DNA of 64,000 nucleotides from an uncultured bacterium (GTDB lineage Bacteria; Chlamydiota; Chlamydiia; Chlamydiales; CAZBXE01): NCBI GenBank assembly GCA_964496125.1, contig CAZBXE010000001.1, positions 35,486 to 99,485 of the forward strand, read 5' to 3'. Shown piece by piece: positions 57,848 to 64,000 of this stretch (position 1 is its first letter; each line of letters starts with the position of its first letter). The notes under the pieces were generated by a model. It saw only the letters and a program-made list of their open reading frames with translations, ran no database searches and was not told where the DNA came from. The position numbers and the translations under genes were made by a program.

Positions 57848-59125
57848 TTATGAAGCCTTGTTTTGTCGAATTTTTTCCAAAAGCTCGTCAGCAAGTTCTT
57901 TGCTGACTCCAGGTACCTCAGCTAGCTTAGCAGGACTTGCCTTTAGCAGCAACCTTGGCGTTGTATACCCCTCTGAAATAAGGTTTTCAAGGATGAGTGC
58001 ATTGACACCTTCGATGCTTTTAATTGGCTTATCAAGGGCTGGGTCGTCTGATTCTGCAAGTTCTGTTCTTTCAACAGCTTTTGTCTTGATGTAATCGCTC
58101 ATTTTTTGAACTTCGAGTTCATAGCCGATCAGTTGGCTATTCAGCCTTGCGTTTTGTCCCCTCTTACCGATGACGGCTGCGAAGTCGTCGTCTTCCACAA
58201 CAATAGAGATCGTCCGTTCCTCATCACTCATGCTGATTTTGCGGATCTCTATCGGAGAGAGTGCATTCTGCAGCAGTTCCACAGCCTCATCGGAGTGCGG
58301 TATAATATCGATCTTTTCGTTGTTGAGCTCTCGAACTACGTTTTTTACGCGGTTGCCCCTCATGCCAACGCAAGCTCCGACTGGGTCAATTTTGGGATCT
58401 CTAGAACGAACAATCAATTTTGTTCGGTATCCGGGTTCTCTTACAATTTTTTCAATTGAAACAATTCCGTCGTTGATTTCGGGCACTTCTTGCAACATCA
58501 GTTGTTTTACGAACTCGGGGTGACTTCTTGTGAGGATCACTTCTGCACCGCCTGCTTCTGTATCTGCTACTTGCAAGAGGAGGGCAACGAGCTTTTCCCC
58601 AATACGCGGTTTTTCTGTCTTTGGATAATTGCGCGGAGGAAGAATGCCTTCTACTTTTCCAAGATCGACAACCACCGTGTTGCCACGAATATATCTCTTC
58701 ACAGTGCCTGAAATGAGTTCTCCTGCTCTGTGTCTGTACTCTTCGTAGATGACATCTCTTTCAGCCGTGCGTAGCTTATGTGTGATGATTTGTCGTGCCT
58801 TTTGGGCAGCGATCCTTCCAAAATCCCTTGGGGTAACTTCGACATCGATAAATTGGCCAATTTCAGCTTCTGGATCAATCTCGCGCGCCGCTTCTAGGGA
58901 AATTTCCATAGAGGGCTGGTCGACTTCGTCTACGATTTCCTTTTCGCAGAACACCTCAATCTTTCCTGTCTTTGGGTGGATTGTAACGGTTACGTTGGAT
59001 GCACCTTGTATGCTTTTTTTAGCTGCTGCCTGTAGGGACTCTTCGATAGCGCCGATGATTACATCGCGATTTATGCCCTTTTCCCGTTCAAGATATTCGA
59101 ATATTGCAATGAGATCTTTGTTCAT
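57848..59125 (-). CDS. nusA: transcription termination/antitermination factor NusA
   Basis: [12 protein letters not shown]1 domain, [29 protein letters not shown] domains. Confidence 0.97.
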   Translation of the reverse strand: MNKDLIAIFEYLEREKGINRDVIIGAIEESLQAAAKKSIQGASNVTVTIHPKTGKIEVFCEKEIVDEVDQPSMEISLEAAREIDPEAEIGQFIDVEVTPRDFGRIAAQKARQIITHKLRTAERDVIYEEYRHRAGELISGTVKRYIRGNTVVVDLGKVEGILPPRNYPKTEKPRIGEKLVALLLQVADTEAGGAEVILTRSHPEFVKQLMLQEVPEINDGIVSIEKIVREPGYRTKLIVRSRDPKIDPVGACVGMRGNRVKNVVRELNNEKIDIIPHSDEAVELLQNALSPIEIRKISMSDEERTISIVVEDDDFAAVIGKRGQNARLNSQLIGYELEVQKMSDYIKTKAVERTELAESDDPALDKPIKSIEGVNALILENLISEGYTTPRLLLKASPAKLAEVPGVSKELADELLEKIRQNKAS

Positions 59126-59150
59126 GTGTGGTTTGCCTCGCTTTAATTTT

Positions 59151-59214
59151 AGGGAGTATGCCCAGTTTTTAAGACATACTCCCTGTTAGGAGAGAGACTT
59201 AAAGTCTTCTCTCC
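59151..59214 (-). other. two adjacent stem-loops between rpsA and nusA
   Basis: AGGGAGTATG/CATACTCCCT (59151-59184) and GGAGAG-AGACTT/AAGTCT-T-CTCTCC (59189-59214); no U-tract on the sense strand. Confidence 0.55.
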
Positions 59215-59243
59215 ACCTGGAAGGGTATCGTTTCCCGCTGCCT

Positions 59244-61016
59244 TTAGCTTTTTGCTGATTGATTCTCTTGTTCTTCGATTTCCTCAGCTTTGCGTCGTTT
59301 CCGCTTTTTAGCGCTGTCTTCCTCTTGTTTTGCAATCACGATATCATCTTCGTTGGACTCTTCCGCATTATCAAGAGTTTCTTTAATGGAGAGGGCAATC
59401 TTTTTGTGCTCTGGATCAATTTTAATCACTTTTGCTGTGACTTCTGCCCCTTTTTGCACTACATCTTCCACTTTGCGGAAAGCTTGCTCCGAAAGCTCTG
59501 TCACATGGATAAGCCCTTCGATACCATTCGGCAGCTCAACAAATGCCCCATAGGCTGTGATTTTTGTCACAACGCCGCGAACAACAGAGCCAACCGGCAT
59601 GATGGTCTCGATGGATTCCCATGGGTTTTCTGTCAGTTGCTTTACGCCAAGGGTGATTTTCTTGCTTGCTGGGTCAACAGATAAAATGACTGCTTCAATG
59701 ATTTCCCCTTTATTCAGGATTTCTGAAGGATGGGAGACTTTTTTTATCCAACTGAGGTCAGAAATGTGGATGAGCCCTTCTACACCTGGCTCGAGTTCTA
59801 CAAATGCGCCGTAGTTAGTTAGGCTTTTAATCTCAGCCTTTACAACTTTGTCAACTGCGTATTTCTTCTCAACGGCATCCCAAGGATTCCTCTCGGTTTG
59901 CTTGATCCCGAGAGAAATTTTTCCTTCTTCTTTTTGGACAGAAAGAACAATCGCCTCTACGTCGTCGCCTTTATTTACAACCTCGGTTGGATCAGTTACG
60001 TTTTTAACCCAGGACATCTCAGAGACGTGGATAAGCCCTTCAATGCCGGGCTCAATCTCAATAAAGGCGCCGTAGGGAAGGAGATTAACAATCTTTCCTT
60101 TAACTTTCGTGCCTGGTGGGTATCTCTTCTCAATTTCTTCCCAAGGATTAGACTCTTTTTGCTTTAGACCAAGAGCTACACGGCCTTTGTCTTTGTCGAT
60201 ACTGAGAATCATCACCTTTATTTTCTGGCCTAGAGCTACCATCTCTGTTGGATGCTTAATTCTTCTCCAGGTCATGTCGGTAATGTGGAGGAGGCCATCG
60301 ATACCGTCGAGATCAAGGAACACGCCGAAATCGGTGATGTTTTTGACAACGCCTTCGCGCACATCGCCCACTTGGATTTCTTCGAGAAGTTCAGCTTTCT
60401 TAGAAATTCTTTCTGCTTCCAGAAGCTCTCTTCTTGAGACCACAACGTTTTTGCGTTCTTTATTGATCTTGAGGATCTTAAATTCGTAGGTGTGGCCGAT
60501 GTATTCGTCTATGTTTTTAATGCGCTTATTATCGATTTGGGAGCCGGGGAGGAAGGCTTCAAGCCCGATATCGACCATGAGGCCACCTTTGACCTTTCTA
60601 AGAACGCGACCTGTAACAATCGAGCCTTCTTCGCAGTGGTTGACGATAAATTCCCACTGTCTGTGTCTTTCTGCTTTCTCTCGTGAGAGGACAATCTGTC
60701 CGCAGTCGTCTTCGGTTCTGTCCAAGAGAACTTCAATAGGACCGCCAAGAATTAACACGGAAGGATCAGAAAACTCTGAAACGGGGATCAAACCCTCGGA
60801 TTTCAATCCCACATCAACTACGACATGGTCTTTTGTGATTTCGACGATACGTCCTTTGAGAAGACTGCCAGGGGACATTGAAGCGTCATCCTCCCCGCGT
60901 TTCACAACTACTTTTCCCTCGAGAAGATTGCGAAATTCTTTTGCATCTTCTTCTCTGTAGTCGACGTTATCGACAATGTTTTCTTCATTCCAGTTAAATT
61001 CAGCTTTACGTGCCAT
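59244..61016 (-). CDS. rpsA: 30S ribosomal protein S1
   Basis: Six S1 repeats ([33 protein letters not shown] etc.). Confidence 0.97.
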   Translation of the reverse strand: MARKAEFNWNEENIVDNVDYREEDAKEFRNLLEGKVVVKRGEDDASMSPGSLLKGRIVEITKDHVVVDVGLKSEGLIPVSEFSDPSVLILGGPIEVLLDRTEDDCGQIVLSREKAERHRQWEFIVNHCEEGSIVTGRVLRKVKGGLMVDIGLEAFLPGSQIDNKRIKNIDEYIGHTYEFKILKINKERKNVVVSRRELLEAERISKKAELLEEIQVGDVREGVVKNITDFGVFLDLDGIDGLLHITDMTWRRIKHPTEMVALGQKIKVMILSIDKDKGRVALGLKQKESNPWEEIEKRYPPGTKVKGKIVNLLPYGAFIEIEPGIEGLIHVSEMSWVKNVTDPTEVVNKGDDVEAIVLSVQKEEGKISLGIKQTERNPWDAVEKKYAVDKVVKAEIKSLTNYGAFVELEPGVEGLIHISDLSWIKKVSHPSEILNKGEIIEAVILSVDPASKKITLGVKQLTENPWESIETIMPVGSVVRGVVTKITAYGAFVELPNGIEGLIHVTELSEQAFRKVEDVVQKGAEVTAKVIKIDPEHKKIALSIKETLDNAEESNEDDIVIAKQEEDSAKKRKRRKAEEIEEQENQSAKS

Positions 61017-61164
61017 TTTAAAGATTTCTCCTAGTTAATACCAAAACGGGCTGCTAGCCCACAAGTTCATGCCGATCACCTATGATCTGCAAGCAGTGAT
61101 GTTAAAGAAATCTCTTTTCATTCGATAAGGAAAGGAAGATAGACCCATTCAGCATCAAGGGAAG

Positions 61165-61193
61165 AGTGTAACAAAGATCTTAGAAAAACGCAA
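61165..61193 (-). promoter_or_regulatory. promoter of rpsA-nusA-infB, implying a ~140-nt leader
   Basis: TTGCGT-17-TACACT with TG extension. Confidence 0.55.
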
Positions 61194-61346
61194 GAAATCC
61201 TTCTAGCTGACAGATGTTCCCGGTCTAGACCTTTTAAAGGGGAATCCTCGTCTGTAAGCAGTAACTCCCAAGTTCTCCAAGACGGTAAAACAAAATTTTA
61301 AACAAAAACCTTGAATGAGCTCAGCTAGAAAACGCAAATCACTAGC

Positions 61347-61508
61347 TCCAATAACTTTGGTGCGCCGCAGGCTACGTCCTTAAACGTCAAGCTCCTCTTA
61401 TCAGCGGGAAATATGTGGAAAATTTTTCCAGGAACCCATCACCTACTTCATACGCATCCAGTGACCCGTGGAGCCTTCTGCGAAGAACAACTCTTCAAAG
61501 GATCTGGA
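61347..61508 (-). ncRNA. ssrS: probable 6S RNA
   Basis: Ends pair (UCCAG..CUUUG / CAAAG..UUGGA; CGCA..GGCU / AGCC UGCG); contains AGCCUGCGGCG and a CUUGA-CGU-UUAAG mini-hairpin resembling the E. coli 6S 3' strand; apical UGGAAA/UUUCCA; ends approximate. Confidence 0.6.
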
Positions 61509-61568
61509 AACCAAGTGTTCCTGTTTTTTTTGTGTATAAAAACAAATGAAAGTGTGAAGCTTTAGGTT

Positions 61569-62336
61569 ATGAGTTGTATACGCATCATGAAATTCGGAGG
61601 AGCGGCAGTGGCTTCCGCAGAATCTTTTTCAAAAATTGCCGATTTAATTTCAAAGGATGTAAGCACAAAAACGATTGTTGTTGTGAGTGCGATGGGTGAT
61701 ACTACCGACGAGCTTATAGCCCTCTCCCAGAAGGTTCACCCCTTGCCACCGAAGAGAGAGTTGGACATGCTTTTGACAGTAGGAGAGAGGATTAGCATAT
61801 CCTTGTTAGCTATGGCTCTTGATCGTAAGGGAGTGGCAGCAGAAAGTTTTACGGGGAGTCAATCAGGCATCATTACGTGTTCGTTGCATACTGACGCAAA
61901 AATAGTCGATGTTAGGCCAAAGCGTCTTTTGCGCTGTTTAGAATCCCAAAAAATTGCTATTGTCGCGGGCTTCCAGGGGGTAAGTCAAGAAGGTGAGATC
62001 ACAACTCTTGGAAGAGGAGGCTCTGACACAACGGCTGTTGCCTTGGCGGCAGCCCTTGGCGCTCCTGCGGTGGAATTCTACAAGGATGTACCAGGACTTT
62101 TTACAGAAGACCCCAAGTTGGACCCGAAAGCTAAAGCTATCCCTAATCTTACTTATGAGCAGGCGACCGCTTTGATTCAGAAGACAGGCTCTGTGCTGCA
62201 TCCTCGCTGCCTGAGCCTTGCTCAAAAAAATTGCCTCTCCCTTTATATACGTTCATTTAAAAGCCAGGAGGGAAAAACACTCATCAGCGATACGTTTTTA
62301 TCCCCTCCAAAAGCACCTGTGTACGAAATAAGCTAA
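61569..62336 (+). CDS. lysC: aspartate kinase, catalytic domain only (no ACT domains)
   Basis: KFGGAAV, VVSAMGDTTDEL, GERISI, AGFQG, TLGRGGSDTTAV, DVPGLFTEDP. Confidence 0.9.
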   Translation: MSCIRIMKFGGAAVASAESFSKIADLISKDVSTKTIVVVSAMGDTTDELIALSQKVHPLPPKRELDMLLTVGERISISLLAMALDRKGVAAESFTGSQSGIITCSLHTDAKIVDVRPKRLLRCLESQKIAIVAGFQGVSQEGEITTLGRGGSDTTAVALAAALGAPAVEFYKDVPGLFTEDPKLDPKAKAIPNLTYEQATALIQKTGSVLHPRCLSLAQKNCLSLYIRSFKSQEGKTLISDTFLSPPKAPVYEIS

Positions 62337-62396
62337 ATTTTTTCTTTTCTTAAATCAAACTCTGCTTACAATACATACGCGCACTTGGGGTGTTTG

Positions 62397-64000
62397 ATGG
62401 GCATAGAGGCGATGGAAGAACAAAATAATCAATTTTTTAAAAGCTTTTCCGTCCTGGGTCTCTCACAAGAGACAGACCTAGCTTTGCTTTATAGACAACT
62501 TTTTGAAAAGACAATGAACAAACTCTTCTACGGGCGCGCTCTTTCTCTTGAAAACTTCAGCTCACTGCTGCCTTATTTTGCATACTCAGAACTGAAAGGG
62601 GATAGTCTGCCTTTTACCATCTCCTTCTTCCTTGTCTGTTCGCATGGACTCAATGCGTTTAAATTTTTCTTTGAAATGCTAAGCCATTGGCTCGTCCCTG
62701 GGAAAAAGCTCAATGCTACACTAATCAATTGTCTAGATTTTGAGCTTCCGGGAAAAAGAGGCGAGGTTTATTCCTTGTCCGAGATCATGATTCGGGTGGA
62801 AAACAAGGAAGAGCTTCTAGAAATGCAGCAGAACCTCTCCATTTTTGAGTCGGAGATACGACTCGGGATAACCTCCTCGTACTTTGCAAGCAAGATTTTG
62901 GAAGTTAAGGGTCTCTCTGCCGATGAGAAAACGGCCCTTGTGCAAGAACATATCGCTTCTCTTGTACGGCGGCTCCCTCGTTATTTTGGCAATGATGTGT
63001 TTGCTGAAATGCAGCACCTGATGGTTACGTCTTTGGATGCTTTTAAAGAGGCCCGTGAATTTCGTCACTTAAGCAAAATCATTACCGCTCACTATTTGTT
63101 CAGAACGGCTTTACAAGCCGAAATTAGACGCAACCCTGCGACACGCCATGTAAAAGTGAAGGTTTTCAGAGCAAGTGTTCGCAAAGGGGAGGTTTTCACG
63201 CATGCTTTGGGTGTGGCTGTTGGCTTGAACTTTCTTGACACCCGGGAAGTTTTCGAGGAGAGACATCTGCTAAAAGCGATCCAGAGTTCCTTGCCGAATG
63301 TAAAATCACTGCCTGGTTCTTTCTTTATGAGTCAGCGCGAGGGAAAGCAAGTGCTTGCACTTTATATGGAGATTGAGAAGGTAAGCGGCTACGAATTTAC
63401 AGGAGAGGAAATTGAGAGTCTTCGTGCTTCTCTTTCTGGAAACTTGAAAGATAGTATTGGTCTTTTGATGCCCCCTGTATTCATGCCGCGTAACGAAGAA
63501 GAAATTATGCGCAATATCTTAGTGCTCAGCCAGCAACTGAAGTATGTTACAGATATACCGCAAGTCGTGATTTCTTTTGACGAACAAACAAAAAAGCGTC
63601 TTAATTTTACCGTGATCCTTTTGCGTGTCCTCAAAGGGGAAGAGCCTTCGATTCAAGATCTCTTTCTTGCCTCTGAGACGAGTATGAAATATCACCATGA
63701 CCGTTTGAAGGTAGTGGGGTATCTGCGTAAAAAATATCCCAAGGAAGCTACAGTTTTCCGAGTGGGGGTGCCTACGGAGGCGTTTTTAAGACAGGACTAC
63801 TCGATTGACCTCTATAAAGCGCGCCAGTTTGTTGTGACGGAATTGGGCTCGATTGTCGGGGAAATCCGAGATTTTAATGGAGGCATGATCACAAAGCAAA
63901 ATGAGCTGTTGACGGCTGTAAGAGAGCAGCTTGTGGATACGGGGAGGTTTAATGAGCTTCTTCTGGAAAACTTCTTCTATTCACTCACACCTGTTGTGAT
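62397..64000 (+). CDS. large hypothetical protein, 3' end outside window
   Basis: Hand-read frame with no stop seen from ATG 62397 toward the window end (not in ORF track): ...FFFEMLSHWLVPGKKLN...PVFMPRNEEEIMRNILVLSQQLKYVTDIPQV... Confidence 0.8.
   Translation, partial: MGIEAMEEQNNQFFKSFSVLGLSQETDLALLYRQLFEKTMNKLFYGRALSLENFSSLLPYFAYSELKGDSLPFTISFFLVCSHGLNAFKFFFEMLSHWLVPGKKLNATLINCLDFELPGKRGEVYSLSEIMIRVENKEELLEMQQNLSIFESEIRLGITSSYFASKILEVKGLSADEKTALVQEHIASLVRRLPRYFGNDVFAEMQHLMVTSLDAFKEAREFRHLSKIITAHYLFRTALQAEIRRNPATRHVKVKVFRASVRKGEVFTHALGVAVGLNFLDTREVFEERHLLKAIQSSLPNVKSLPGSFFMSQREGKQVLALYMEIEKVSGYEFTGEEIESLRASLSGNLKDSIGLLMPPVFMPRNEEEIMRNILVLSQQLKYVTDIPQVVISFDEQTKKRLNFTVILLRVLKGEEPSIQDLFLASETSMKYHHDRLKVVGYLRKKYPKEATVFRVGVPTEAFLRQDYSIDLYKARQFVVTELGSIVGEIRDFNGGMITKQNELLTAVREQLVDTGRFNELLLENFFYSLTPVV

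Noticed and set aside
61309-61337. Second rpsA promoter at the repeated TTGCGTTTT(T)CTA motif
   Set aside because: No -10 hexamer at 16-18 nt spacing; this copy sits in a small AGCTAG/CTAGCT hairpin just past the 6S candidate.
1-64000. CRISPR array, IS/transposase, integrase, tRNA or rRNA genes
   Set aside because: No regularly spaced repeats, recombinase motifs, cloverleaf or rRNA signatures were seen in any intergenic region.

Overview
Gene-dense 64 kb chromosomal segment of a member of the Chlamydiota, most likely an environmental (non-Chlamydiaceae) lineage. The assignment rests on gene order recalled from Chlamydia trachomatis: lptG-lptF/tilS-ftsH/pnp-rpsO/tadA; rpmE-prfA-prmC-ffh-rpsP-trmD-rplS-rnhB...gmk-rpoZ-metG; ubiD-rpmB; scc1-copN-cdsV-cdsU/ychF/ribF-truB-rbfA-infB-nusA-rpsA. 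It also carries genes typical of environmental chlamydiae (murF-alr fusion, cyoABCDE, sthA, pduO, a BTB-LRR protein). Two genes that run off the window edges and are absent from the ORF track were read by hand: an M32 carboxypeptidase and a large hypothetical protein. No tRNA, rRNA, CRISPR array, transposase or integrase was recognised. Most interesting observations: (1) the T3SS gatekeeper CopN is split into translationally coupled YopN-like and TyeA-like genes; (2) an unrecognised ~90-aa domain is tandemly duplicated, once free-standing and once fused to a CPBP/Abi membrane protease; (3) the cytochrome bo3-type oxidase has an altered quinol site (R71K, Q101E equivalents); (4) a probable 6S RNA lies upstream of rpsA; (5) several genes have leaderless-type promoter geometry; (6) a rhomboid has lost its catalytic dyad. 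All calls come from motif and pattern reading only; no database search was run.
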